NCBI RefSeq assembly: GCF_056989575.1
Contig: NZ_CM168018.1
DNA length: 40,000 bases
Strand: one strand, 5' to 3'
Shown piece after piece: positions 18,855 to 28,534 of this stretch; the stretch's first letter is position 1, and each line of letters begins with the position of its first letter. The position numbers and the translations under genes are program-made. A model generated the notes under the pieces. It did not search any database. It was not told where the DNA came from and saw only the letters and a list, made by a program, of their open reading frames with translations.

Positions 18855-19095
18855 ATGGCAGATTGGAATGGTTATATTATGGATATCAGCAATCAATTTG
18901 ATCAGGGCGTTGATGATCTGAACCAGCAAGTTGAAAAAGCGTTGGAGGATTTAGCCAACCAATCCTTCCGACACGAAATTTCTTGCCGAATATCAAAGTG
19001 CATTAGCTGAGTATACATTATATCGAAATGCGCAATCTAACGTTGTAAAAGCGTATAAAGATCTTGATTCAGCAATCATACAAAACTTCCGCTAA
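18855..19095 (+). pseudogene. eprI: SctF/PrgI needle-filament protein, frameshifted
   Basis: GAGGAGG Shine-Dalgarno with ATG 18855. The N-terminus MADWNGYIMDISNQFDQGVDDLNQQVEKALEDLA resembles PrgI. The conserved C-terminus NPSDTKFLAEYQSALAEYTLYRNAQSNVVKAYKDLDSAIIQNFR* is in the +1 frame. The frameshift is at about 18954-18962, and the original frame stops at 19008. Confidence 0.85.
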
Positions 19096-19114
19096 ACTGG
19101 ATAAGGATTTTATT

Positions 19115-19446
19115 ATGTCAGTAAGCAATATGCCACCTATTGATAGAGCTGAGTAATCAACTGCTCATGAAATACAGCAAGCGAAAGTGATTGATTTAAA
19201 TGATCGGGTTCTCAATCTTGACAACCCGGATGATAAAATGATCTCCGCTTTTGCCAACTATGCTGTACAAACTGAAAATTGGCAGCAAAATGCGTTACAA
19301 GCATTAAGGTCTGATAAAGAGGGGTTAACTCCTGAAAAATTATTAGTCTTGCAGGATCATGTGCTTAATTATAATGTCGAGGTTTCATTGGTGGAACATT
19401 AGCAAGAAAGATTGTCGCTGCAGTTGAGACGTTGACCCGCTCATGA
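19115..19446 (+). pseudogene. eprJ: SctI/PrgJ inner-rod protein with a nonsense codon and a frameshift
   Basis: ATG 19115 with AAGGA Shine-Dalgarno. In-frame TAA at 19154-19156 (codon 14). The conserved tail TLARKIVAAVETLTRS* is out of frame after about 19392 (GGTGG run). The final TGA overlaps the eprK ATG. Confidence 0.82.
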
Positions 19447-20177
19447 AATATATATCATTATTATTGTTTATCCTGCTGTTGTGCGGCTGCAAGCAGCAGG
19501 AATTATTGAACCATCTTGATCAACAGCAAGCTAATGATGTCCTTGCTGTTTTACAAAGACATAATATTAATGCTGAAAAGAAGGATCAAGGCAAAACAGG
19601 ATTTTCAATATTTGTCGAACCAACGGATTTTGCTTCTGCGGTGGATTGGCTAAAAATCTACAATCTACCGGGTAAGCCTGATATTCAAATATCGCAGATG
19701 TTCCCTGCAGATGCACTCGTTTCATCTCCACGAGCGGAAAAAGCAAGGCTATATTCTGCTATTGAGCAGCGGTTAGAGCAATCTCTCAAAATTATGGATG
19801 GCATTATTTCTTCGAGAGTACATGTTAGTTACGATGTTGATAATGGCGATAGTGGTAAAACTGCTTTACCAATTCATATTTCTGTACTTGCAGTATATGA
19901 AAAAGATATCAACCCAGAAATAAAAATAAATGATATCAAGAGATTTATTGTTAATAGCTCTGCAAGCGTACAATATGAAAATATTTCTGTTGTATTGTCA
20001 AAACGAAGAGACATTATTGAGCAAGCACCAACATATGAAATTAGCGAACCTGTTTTTGCTTATGATAAGGCTATGCCGGTTTCTATCTTACTTGCATTAA
20101 TATCCGTAGCGACTTGCTGGCTGTTATGGAAGTATAGGGCCATTCTAACTAATTTAGTCAGGTTGAAAATTAAGTAG
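19443..20177 (+). CDS. eprK: SctJ/PrgK inner-membrane ring lipoprotein, 244 aa
   Basis: Lipobox LLLCGC. PrgK/EscJ-family sequence (LLNHLDQQQANDVLAVLQRHNI...SRVHVSYD). C-terminal TM segment. Confidence 0.9.
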   Translation: MKYISLLLFILLLCGCKQQELLNHLDQQQANDVLAVLQRHNINAEKKDQGKTGFSIFVEPTDFASAVDWLKIYNLPGKPDIQISQMFPADALVSSPRAEKARLYSAIEQRLEQSLKIMDGIISSRVHVSYDVDNGDSGKTALPIHISVLAVYEKDINPEIKINDIKRFIVNSSASVQYENISVVLSKRRDIIEQAPTYEISEPVFAYDKAMPVSILLALISVATCWLLWKYRAILTNLVRLKIK

Positions 20178-20192
20178 ACATATGAGAGCGTT

Positions 20193-20774
20193 ATGAATCT
20201 TGCCCTAAGAAAGATTATATATGATCCAATTAGTTATATTCATCCTCAACGAGTAAGCTTGAATAATACACCTATTAACAATCCGGTGCTTAGATCTATT
20301 ACCAATGAAATGATTGTTCTGCAGTACAATCTTTCAGTTGAACATTTTAATCTGAATAGTTCACTTATTTACTACATAAACAATTGGAATTTATTTCCAT
20401 TGTTCTGTTTATTCAGTGGTTATCACTTTTATCGAGAAAGGTTTGCAGAACGCGGATTTTTTTATAAGGTTCCTGCTGTGCTAAGGGATTATTTATCAGC
20501 TATACTGGTGAAAATAAATGAAAAGGCACGATACAAACCCGGCATCGCTAGCTATCACAATATCATCACATGTGGTTTTTCAACGTTGTCACCCTATATA
20601 AGGCAACAACCATTGGCAATGCAGCAACGATTTAATTTATTATTTCCTGATTTTGTTGATCACATACAATTGCCGTTACCACTTGCATCAACTCTTTTAG
20701 AGAGAATTACATTTTATGCGAAAAAAAATAGAGATGAGCTTGATAAAATCTCCTGCAAATGGTGTTGTGATTAA
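20193..20774 (+). CDS. ygeO: SctK/OrgA-like sorting-platform protein, 193 aa
   Basis: Position immediately after prgK-like eprK and size comparable to OrgA (199 aa). I recall the K-12 remnant of this gene being called ygeO. Confidence 0.7.
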   Translation: MNLALRKIIYDPISYIHPQRVSLNNTPINNPVLRSITNEMIVLQYNLSVEHFNLNSSLIYYINNWNLFPLFCLFSGYHFYRERFAERGFFYKVPAVLRDYLSAILVKINEKARYKPGIASYHNIITCGFSTLSPYIRQQPLAMQQRFNLLFPDFVDHIQLPLPLASTLLERITFYAKKNRDELDKISCKWCCD

Positions 20775-21422
20775 AAGAAAAATTTCTGATGGATTGAAAT
20801 AAATAGTTTCTCTTAAAGAAAGTATCCTTCTTGAAACCAGCGCTAAAATTCAGAGCATTGAGGTAAAGATAGAAGAAAAATTTATTCAAGGTTATTATGA
20901 TGGCTATACAAAAGGCATTATTGATGTGATGGATAATTTTATACCCTTGATAAGCTTGTTGAGCTCAGAACTAGAAAAAAAAGAATAAACATGATAAACG
21001 ATCTGAAGAGTATTTTGTTATAATCCTCAGAGGAAGTTGATGTTTTTATCAAAATTTTTGAAAGTTGGAGAAAAAAATTACCGGCAATATCAGGTCCTGT
21101 AAATCTCTATATACCTACCAGATTCAAAGATAAGTATCTTGAAGTAGAGTCATATTTTGTCGACAAATCAATATGGAATGTCCATATTACATTTCATGAT
21201 GATAAGCGTTTTGTGTTTTTTACCGATCAATTTATTGCTGAATTTAGTCCGCAGGAATTTGTGGATAATTGTGAGCAATATTTAATTAATAATAATTGTT
21301 TCTCTCCTGACAAGGTTAACGAAATCTGCGAACAAGCCAGACATTATTTAGTTGAAAAAATGTTTGAAACACATTCTTTGGATATGAATAATTCTGTTTT
21401 GGCAAGCCCTGAGGACTTATAG
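20734..21422 (+). pseudogene. ygeN: SctL/OrgB stator protein with multiple lesions
   Basis: MSLIKSPANGVVIKRKISDGLK, then TAA at 20800-20802. The frame changes in the A8 run at 20975-20982. A second TAA lies at 21021-21023. The tail FVFFTDQFIAEFSPQEFVD matches OrgB (FIMSCGDQIAEFSPEQFVE). Confidence 0.82.
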
Positions 21423-21642
21423 CTCCCTGGCTCAAGTTTAATGATTTGAATATAATCTAATTGTAATATTTTAATCATCTCATGATTTTTTAATGCCTGT
21501 GGTATTTTTTACGCAAAAATTTTATTTTTAATTATATTTCATTATTATTTCATCAATGTATTCTTTGGATTTTGCTTATAATAATAATGGAAGGGATGAT
21601 TATAAATGAATGCGTTAAAGCATTTACACTCAGGATGAATAT

Positions 21643-22275
21643 ATGGGAAAAATTAAAATTGTAGTTTCAGATCAGCAGCCGTTTATGATTGATGGGATAA
21701 TTGGATTTCTCGGACATTATCCTGATTTATATGAGGTTGTTGGGGGCTATAAAGATCTGAAGAAATCTATAGCGGAGTGTAACAAATCTACAGCCTAAAT
21801 ATTTATTTTAGGAGAATTTGCAGGTGGAATGATGGGGTCCGAACTCGTAAAATGGGTTAAATCGCATAAGATAGATGCTCATATTATTACATTTGTAGCA
21901 AAGATGCCGTATATTGATTCAATAAAATTGCTTGAAGCAGGTGCGAAAGGATGCGTATGGAAAACCAGTCACCCGGCGAAACTAAATCGTGCTATTGATT
22001 CGATTAGTAATGGTTACACTTATTTTGATAGTGTACATATGGATTGTGAAAAAATATCTTCCAGGTATTCCTCTGATAATCAACTTACAAATCGTGAGTC
22101 AGAAATATTACAACTCATAGCTGATGGTAAAACAAACAAAGAAATCGCTAATTTCTTGCAGTTAAGCAGAAAAACAGTCGAAACTCATAGACTCAATATC
22201 ATGAAGAAATTAGATGTTCACAGTGGTATCGAGTTGATCAAAACAGCTTTACGTATGGGTGTTTGCACTATATAA
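21643..22275 (+). pseudogene. ygeK: NarL/LuxR-family response-regulator-like protein interrupted by an in-frame TAA
   Basis: ATG 21643 and the track ORF at 21829 share one frame, separated by TAA at 21796-21798. The C-terminus is a GerE HTH ([43 protein letters not shown]). Confidence 0.85.
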
Positions 22276-22319
22276 AAAAAAGAGGCTTTAGGCACATTTT
22301 GCTGAAGCCTTACGATTGT

Positions 22320-22796
22320 CTAGTTCATTAAGCCTGGTATATACAATATATATTTTGGGGCATATTGCTGTCTCTTTTTTTGGTTATCCATTGCAAAACC
22401 CGCATTATAAGTCCCCAGGCATTGCCACGTTACTCCACAACGTGAAAAATGGTTATATAAAATCTCGGTTCCTATTTTAATGTTCAGACAAGGGTTATCT
22501 AACAAATCTCGTTCATCTTTTATTATTCCACGTTTTTTTAACAGGGGAATATGCATCTGGTTTATCTGCATTAACCAATAATCTAAACTCTTTATGTTGT
22601 TATTCTTATCTCTGTTCTTGCCTATGCTATCCTTTTTTAGATTGCTTTCAACAAGAGCGATAGCTTTAATTAAATTTGGTTCGATTCTGAACATTGTTCC
22701 TGCTTCATTAGAGCAAGAGTTGCTGGCGAAAGACATTTTTGTAATAAATATACAAAACGTGAAGATGGTTAAGAATTTAACTTTTGGTGAGCGCAT
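22320..22796 (-). CDS. pbl: IagB/IpgF-like lytic transglycosylase, 158 aa
   Basis: Signal peptide plus an SLT-like motif (IKAIALVESNLKKDSIG...WLMQIN...GTYNAG). It appears full length here. Confidence 0.82.
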   Translation of the reverse strand: MRSPKVKFLTIFTFCIFITKMSFASNSCSNEAGTMFRIEPNLIKAIALVESNLKKDSIGKNRDKNNNIKSLDYWLMQINQMHIPLLKKRGIIKDERDLLDNPCLNIKIGTEILYNHFSRCGVTWQCLGTYNAGFAMDNQKKRQQYAPKYILYIPGLMN

Positions 22797-22827
22797 ATTT
22801 TTTCATGTGTGAGGATTGAATGAAAGG

Positions 22828-22857
22828 AACGAGATACTATTATAAAAGTATCTCGTT
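22828..22857 (-). terminator. Hairpin downstream of ygeI
   Basis: Perfect 10-bp stem AACGAGATAC-N10-GTATCTCGTT. The U-tract on the minus strand is modest. Confidence 0.35.
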
Positions 22858-22878
22858 ATGATTTATTTGGTCAATCGT

Positions 22879-23097
22879 CTACCATTCAATTTTATAGTAA
22901 GGTGAGATAGGATTATCTTCTGAATACATATCATTTTGAAAAGGCGCCATCCATGTTGAAACTATAAATGCTTGTATTTGATCTGTATCAGTAGCACTGG
23001 TGTTGATGTGTTTATCTAATGATACGACTTCATCACCCGTTGCATTCGCTATATTTGAACTTTGAGATAAATTATTGATACCGATTGGATTAGTCAT
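22879..23097 (-). CDS. ygeI: Small protein YgeI, 72 aa, unknown function
   Basis: ATG 23097 with GGGAG Shine-Dalgarno. Sequence begins MTNPIGINNLSQSSNIANATGDEV... Confidence 0.75.
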   Translation of the reverse strand: MTNPIGINNLSQSSNIANATGDEVVSLDKHINTSATDTDQIQAFIVSTWMAPFQNDMYSEDNPISPYYKIEW

Positions 23098-23264
23098 AAA
23101 GCTCCCTTTTTTAATTGTCCAGGCCAATGGTCTTTACATCATACTTTTAACTCTAGAGCATTTTAAATATCTTGCAATAAGGTGAATATCTTAGATATTT
23201 TTATCTCTATTGTTTAAATAACAAGTTGCATACATCTAAATAATAAAATTGCGTCAATAAAAAT

Positions 23265-24641
23265 TTATCGCATACAAATTCTCGTCAGCTGCTTTAATTT
23301 CAAAATGTTGTCAATTATAACTCGATGGCTTTCACTCTCAGTTTCTTTATAGTAGAGTTTAATGTTGTTTTTGAGCGGGTTAGGCACATACATATCTACA
23401 CATTCTTTTATCACAACTGCTTTTCGTCTTCTGGGTTCGAGTTGTAGTGATTTGTCTATACAAATCCTTGCCTCTTCAATTTTTTCATTATGAAAGTGGA
23501 CTAGTGCCCTATAGTAGTAGAGAGAGGCTATATCAGTTGAGTGTATCTTAGCCTGTTCAAATAAGATATGAGATACTTTTGCTTGTCCAGACAGACCAGT
23601 TATCAGTCCCATAATAGCTAAAATTTTTCCATCGACAGTGGTTATGTCTGATACATAATCTAAAAGCTCTAATGCTTTTTGAGCAGCAAGTTCAAGTTCA
23701 CTTTTTCCATGAAGTGCCAAAGACATATGGCATTCCGCTAGAAGGCAATAACATTCTGTTTTTAGCGTCTGTATATCACTTTTATTTTGTAATCTATCAA
23801 ATATAGTCATGGCCCTGTAAATGCTTTCAGGGGTGAAGTCGTAAAGTTCTTTCTTTCCGGCTAACATTTCATCTGATAAATAATGATTCTTATATCCTTG
23901 GTCCTGCTTAGCTAATCTTACAGATCGTTCTGGTTTATGTACCGTTTGAAGGATATTATCTATAATAAATTGTGATGTATTATGTAGTTCATCAACAGGG
24001 AGATGATTACTGGCGATGAGGAAAAGGTTTTTAGCGTCGATCAACTCAATGTATAAAGTGTTCACTGCATTATTCTGGTTTATTCTTCCTGTAACGAAAT
24101 AATCTGGCTTGAATCTGCTCAAGAATGAATTTTGAGATATGTGATCATTACAAAAATTTGTCGCAGCCATCGGATAGGTATAGAGACCATCGATTTTTTT
24201 ATTTGAAATGATTTGCACTAATTCCTGATTAAGTATTAATGGATCCAGTGTATTCAATGAAGTAGTGAAAGGGAATATAGCTATGGAATAGTCTGAAGTA
24301 TTATCTTCATTAATTTTAGTTTTGAAAACCTGCCCGCTGAAACGATAACCTTTCCGGTAGATTGTTTCTATGCAACGATCATAGCCAATTTTTTGAAAAA
24401 TGCAGCGCAAAGAATAGATACATCTTGTCAGGGACTCGTCACTAACAATAATATTTTTCCATACTGATTCGATGATCATATCTTTCAGTACAACATGACC
24501 AGCGGATTCAAGTAATACTATTAATACACCTAACTCTTTCTGTGGAATATAAACTTGCTCATTTCCTTGAGTAAGAATTCCATCTTCCGTGAGCGTTAAT
24601 CCCTCAAGAAAATGATATGAGAATTTATTTTCTAAGTCCAT
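23265..24641 (-). CDS. ygeH: HilA-like regulator: OmpR/ToxR-type winged helix plus TPR domain, 458 aa
   Basis: N-terminal winged helix (..[13 protein letters not shown]...[10 protein letters not shown]) followed by a long helical-repeat C-terminus. Confidence 0.88.
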   Translation of the reverse strand: MDLENKFSYHFLEGLTLTEDGILTQGNEQVYIPQKELGVLIVLLESAGHVVLKDMIIESVWKNIIVSDESLTRCIYSLRCIFQKIGYDRCIETIYRKGYRFSGQVFKTKINEDNTSDYSIAIFPFTTSLNTLDPLILNQELVQIISNKKIDGLYTYPMAATNFCNDHISQNSFLSRFKPDYFVTGRINQNNAVNTLYIELIDAKNLFLIASNHLPVDELHNTSQFIIDNILQTVHKPERSVRLAKQDQGYKNHYLSDEMLAGKKELYDFTPESIYRAMTIFDRLQNKSDIQTLKTECYCLLAECHMSLALHGKSELELAAQKALELLDYVSDITTVDGKILAIMGLITGLSGQAKVSHILFEQAKIHSTDIASLYYYRALVHFHNEKIEEARICIDKSLQLEPRRRKAVVIKECVDMYVPNPLKNNIKLYYKETESESHRVIIDNILKLKQLTRICMR

Positions 24642-24916
24642 TAGTTAACCTCTATGAAAAAATTGGTTTCTTGCATCCTGCTTAAGCAATAGAAATTATG
24701 GCTATTCATATTTATGTGTCATTAATGCTACAGGAAATTACATTCGACATATCTATGGTTGTGTTCACTAATTTATCTTAGGAATTCAGTGATGTAATCT
24801 GAAATAGCCTTATTCAATTTTTATAAAGTAGATTGTTCTCTAACGCATTGAAAAATAATGATTTATAGTATGCTCTTAACTGTTTTAAGATGCTGATTTA
24901 AGAAAACATAAGAGGT

Positions 24917-24950
24917 GCTGGTTATAGTGGTTAACTGCACTATAATCAGC
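24917..24950 (-). terminator. Hairpin downstream of ygeG
   Basis: GCTGGTTATAGTG-N8-CACTATAATCAGC, a 13-bp stem with one mismatch. The minus strand continues ...TTATGTTTTCTT. Confidence 0.4.
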
Positions 24951-24975
24951 AAATTTAACCAAATGATTGTAATGC

Positions 24976-25467
24976 TTAGCCATTATCTTCTGAATTATAG
25001 TTTAAGAGTTCAATATATGCCTGCGCTTTACTCTTAACACTATCATCCTCACAATTGTTAATAATGTGATAGAAACATTGCATTGCGTTATCGATATTTT
25101 TAGCCCCAATCTGACATTGACCCATACGATAAATAACTGAATAGTCATCATACGGGGAGTAATTGTAACTTAGTTTGTAAAGGTCATATGCTTGTTGATA
25201 TTTCTTTTTGGGCTGACATACTGATGCAAAATTTTTTAGATACTCATGATTTTCGAACGCATAAATGCACAAAAATTTATAATAAATTTCTGCGTCCGTT
25301 ATATTACCCTTTTCATGGTAGTCGAATGCATATGCATATATTCTATCAAGGATATCAGGAGTTAAACCATGTAGTAATGCCAGATTTTCTCCTTTCGATA
25401 ATGCGTGTTTTAGTTGATTTGCCCATTCATCACTATTATTGAATATTTCAATTGTTTCTGTGCTCAT
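24976..25467 (-). CDS. ygeG: SicA/IpgC-like class II T3SS chaperone (TPR), 163 aa
   Basis: ATG 25467 with GAGGA Shine-Dalgarno. TPR-chaperone-like sequence (LDRIYAYAFDYHEKGNITDAEIYYKFLCIYAFENHEY...). Confidence 0.85.
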   Translation of the reverse strand: MSTETIEIFNNSDEWANQLKHALSKGENLALLHGLTPDILDRIYAYAFDYHEKGNITDAEIYYKFLCIYAFENHEYLKNFASVCQPKKKYQQAYDLYKLSYNYSPYDDYSVIYRMGQCQIGAKNIDNAMQCFYHIINNCEDDSVKSKAQAYIELLNYNSEDNG

Positions 25468-25744
25468 AATATTCCTCTGTGATGTGTCTCGTGATGCCAA
25501 ATTATTATTGATTGACTCATTGATATTTTTATATTTATCTTTTTTAAATTATGAGTTTTAAGCTTGCATTGCTTATGGTATATTTTTCATTATTGGTAAA
25601 AGTACTGTTCACTACAAACTAATAACATCATGAGTTGTTTTACTAATATTCACCTTATTAGTTATCTTAATTACGACATTACATAAATGCCTTAATGTGT
25701 ATGACCTGGATTCATAGTATCAATTGCCATTTTTTCAATGAAAA

Positions 25745-26182
25745 TTAAAAAGGGGATTTTTGAGAAGGGTAGAATGTCGTTTGTTTTTTTTCTTTATTAT
25801 GTCTGGTGACGCGGGGGGATAGAACGTCTGTGCATATAGTAGTGAATTTGTTCAGGTCTACATTATTCTCTATTTTGGTCAGTTTTATGAGTTCATTTAC
25901 AGCCATACTCATTAAATCATCTGTTATCGAAAATTTATATATGCTCATAGCAGATAATATTGCTTGCTGAATTATCTCTTCAGAAATATCCGCTATCTTT
26001 ATTGACAAATCATGTGTTAGATATTTTCCTCCAAGAGATTCTTGTTCAATATAATTTAAACAAGACCCCATTGTGATTTTAACTGGATTAACGGATTTCT
26101 CTTCATTTTTCTTATTTTTGTTCTCCTGATCAGGAACTAATGGTTGCAGTGGTAGGCTATTATTAATATTTCGTGGCTTCAT
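25745..26182 (-). CDS. ygeF: Hypothetical ETT2-associated protein, 145 aa
   Basis: Assigned from the ORF and its position between ygeG and yqeK. I recognise no domain. The K-12 allele is regarded as a possible pseudogene. Confidence 0.55.
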   Translation of the reverse strand: MKPRNINNSLPLQPLVPDQENKNKKNEEKSVNPVKITMGSCLNYIEQESLGGKYLTHDLSIKIADISEEIIQQAILSAMSIYKFSITDDLMSMAVNELIKLTKIENNVDLNKFTTICTDVLSPRVTRHNKEKKQTTFYPSQKSPF

Positions 26183-26375
26183 TTTACATTTCTCTCATTT
26201 GATTAGAGCAAAATCCGAATTCGCAGCTTCTGATAATGTCAAATATCACCTTATGGAGACGTTACGTAGAATGACTATATTTGTTATCGGCACATTAGGG
26301 GTATTAATTTTAGTATTGATGGAAGGTGATTATTGAACAGTAACATCGAGTCACGGTAAAAATGTGAGGTATATA

Positions 26376-26801
26376 ATGGACATTGAGTTTTCGCAGATTC
26401 ATGAAATGGTCTATATGCATGATATTGTAAATTCGGACTCGAAAAAGAAACCAAGGATTCCGTTAAAAAAATTCCTTAATGCTGAGAAGGTTCTCACGCA
26501 AACAACATCATGGGCATTAAATTCAAGATTTGTGAATGTTAATTCTGTCAATAAAGTCAACGTAAAGAGTAAAGTTAAAAGCAGTTATATCTCACGATCT
26601 GTCAATGATGAGTTTAGTTTAACAGATGATGAAATCAATTCTTTTAAAGAAACGTTAGTCCTTTCCTCTATTGATTCACTGAGTAAACTGGTTCTTAATA
26701 ATCCTCTTTCTGTATTGTTTACATCGACTGTACGAAGGAATAATAATCGAGCTAAGATGAATGTCGAGCTCGACTCATGGATTTGCACCAGATGTTGTTG
26801 A
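26376..26801 (+). CDS. yqeK: Hypothetical protein YqeK, 141 aa
   Basis: ATG 26376 with GAGG Shine-Dalgarno 6 nt upstream. Sequence begins [18 protein letters not shown]... Confidence 0.7.
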   Translation: MDIEFSQIHEMVYMHDIVNSDSKKKPRIPLKKFLNAEKVLTQTTSWALNSRFVNVNSVNKVNVKSKVKSSYISRSVNDEFSLTDDEINSFKETLVLSSIDSLSKLVLNNPLSVLFTSTVRRNNNRAKMNVELDSWICTRCC

Positions 26802-26836
26802 TACATGATATTTTACATTGCAAGGAGATGTCTAAA

Positions 26837-26917
26837 ATGAAAGATGTTGATCAAAACTTTGATGCTTTAGACTGCCATATACTGCGAGAATATTTAATTT
26901 TATTGTTTTATGATTAA
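26837..26917 (+). CDS. yqeL: Small ORF, 26 aa (probably the small protein YqeL)
   Basis: AGGAG 9 nt upstream of the ATG. Translation MKDVDQNFDALDCHILREYLILLFYD*. Length and location fit my recollection of yqeL, but I cannot verify this here. Confidence 0.45.
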   Translation: MKDVDQNFDALDCHILREYLILLFYD

Positions 26918-26949
26918 CGAGGTTCCATCTTTTTGTTATCTATTTTAGT

Positions 26950-27432
26950 TTACCTTGCACAATGCATTATTGCTCTGTTACCAATGCTCAAAATAAAAGC
27001 ATGCTTACCTTGCTTTAGTATATTATAGCTTACACTTTTTTCTGGAAAGACATAAAAATCAGGAATAAGTTGTGCAAGTCTATCATCATCAACTTGATCC
27101 ATAATCTCAAACTTATTAACTTTCTTTGATGTTAAATGGGCTGTGTCATAGTTTTCAATCCATGTGTATTCAATATTTCGCCGTATTGATTTACTTTCTC
27201 TGTTACCTTGTTGCCAGGTTCCACTCAACGCAACAGTTCCTGTTTTATTTTTTTTGTTATACATAAAGTCGATGGTAAGATTTGCTCGTCCCTGGTCATT
27301 AAAAATTACCCAATTTGCAGTGCATGTTTCGTTATATATCAATTTTTCTGCAGTGTAAGAATAGACAGTGAAGAGAATAAACCCACTGATAAAAACTAAA
27401 ATAAATAATAAGTTTTTTTTATAATCAATCAC
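26950..27432 (-). CDS. yqeJ: Single-pass membrane protein YqeJ (FidL-like), about 160 aa
   Basis: GTG 27432 with GAGG Shine-Dalgarno 6 nt upstream (an alternative GTG is at 27444). N-terminal TM segment LLFILVFISGFILFTVYSY. The start overlaps the yqeI stop. Confidence 0.75.
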   Translation of the reverse strand: MIDYKKNLLFILVFISGFILFTVYSYTAEKLIYNETCTANWVIFNDQGRANLTIDFMYNKKNKTGTVALSGTWQQGNRESKSIRRNIEYTWIENYDTAHLTSKKVNKFEIMDQVDDDRLAQLIPDFYVFPEKSVSYNILKQGKHAFILSIGNRAIMHCAR

Positions 27433-28234
27433 GATTAACCTCACGGTAAGACAGGGTTAAACAGTCTGCCACTTCATGTTGGTTATAATTTTTATTGCAT
27501 GCCATAACAATCATCCCCGGTGAGGATTTTGCAAGAGGGAAGTATAACCACGGATGTTTTTTACAGTTAATCCCCGAATCCAGTATCCGTGTTTTATATT
27601 TATCGAACTCTTTCAACCCGTCAATTGTATCTTCTGTTACATTAAAATGGCAGCCATTAATTTCCGCAACAGTCTTGTAATCCTTGAAAAATGGCTTCGG
27701 TTGATTATTATTCCATAGCCAATATGCAGAATATGCGCCTATGACAAATGCGCTCAACATAATTAGATGACTTTTTATATGTTTGAGGATTTTGTTATTG
27801 AAATTCTTTGCGCCACCAATGCTCTCTTTGTATCCCGCATTAACTTTTATGGCAGGTGGGGCATTGTGTGTATGTGCGTCTGTTGACGAGTTTATTACAT
27901 GATTTTGTATGTTAATGTCATTATGGATCTTGAATCCTCTTCTCGGCACGGTTGCAATTAGCGAGTGGGTAGTATCACCAACAGCGCGAAATCCGCGTCT
28001 GATAATGGATATGTTCTGATATAACGTGTTAGTAGGCACACGCATACCTTCTTCTTCCCAGACTCTGGTGAAAAAATCTTGTTGTGCAACCACATCAGGA
28101 AAAGCTTCAAGTAGAAGTGATAAACATCGACTGGCTGGCGTTGTCAGAACGACGTTAAGATCGGCGTTATGTACCGATATTAATTTTCGGTGCTCAGGCC
28201 AGAACTCGATATTATCGTTAATAATCCAGTACAT
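27425..28234 (-). CDS. yqeI: ToxR/CadC-like membrane-anchored winged-helix regulator, 269 aa
   Basis: N-terminal wHTH (..TNTLYQNISIIRRGF...VPRRGFKIH), a central TM segment (LIMLSAFVIGAYSAYWLW) and a periplasmic C-terminal domain. Confidence 0.85.
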   Translation of the reverse strand: MYWIINDNIEFWPEHRKLISVHNADLNVVLTTPASRCLSLLLEAFPDVVAQQDFFTRVWEEEGMRVPTNTLYQNISIIRRGFRAVGDTTHSLIATVPRRGFKIHNDINIQNHVINSSTDAHTHNAPPAIKVNAGYKESIGGAKNFNNKILKHIKSHLIMLSAFVIGAYSAYWLWNNNQPKPFFKDYKTVAEINGCHFNVTEDTIDGLKEFDKYKTRILDSGINCKKHPWLYFPLAKSSPGMIVMACNKNYNQHEVADCLTLSYREVNRD

Positions 28235-28506
28235 ACGTCAATAAACACTAAATCAATCGAAATGGAGATCACATAGTTTGCTAAGTATATTGGTATTTAC
28301 GGCATAAATATATATTAATTTTATATTTATCATGATGATTGAAATGAGGCTTTAATGTTGCAACGTAAAACTTTACGTAAATTAACATGGTTAACATTTA
28401 TGCCACTATTGTTTGTAAATTCATATTTCGTAATGCTTCTGAATTTTTCGTGTGATGGTTTTAAATACTATGGTGTTTACTCTTGAGGGGACGGCCTATT
28501 TATAAA

Positions 28507-28534
28507 ATACGGACATTTCAATAAATGCCCGTAT
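28507..28534 (-). terminator. Rho-independent terminator of yqeH
   Basis: The minus strand reads AUACGGGCAU-N8-AUGUCCGUAU (10-bp stem with one G-U pair), followed by UUUUAUAAAU. Confidence 0.55.

Noticed and set aside
22276-22319. Possible terminator between convergent ygeK and pbl (AGGCTT...AAGCCT)
   Set aside because: The stem is only 6 bp and the loop is about 16 nt. This is not convincing.
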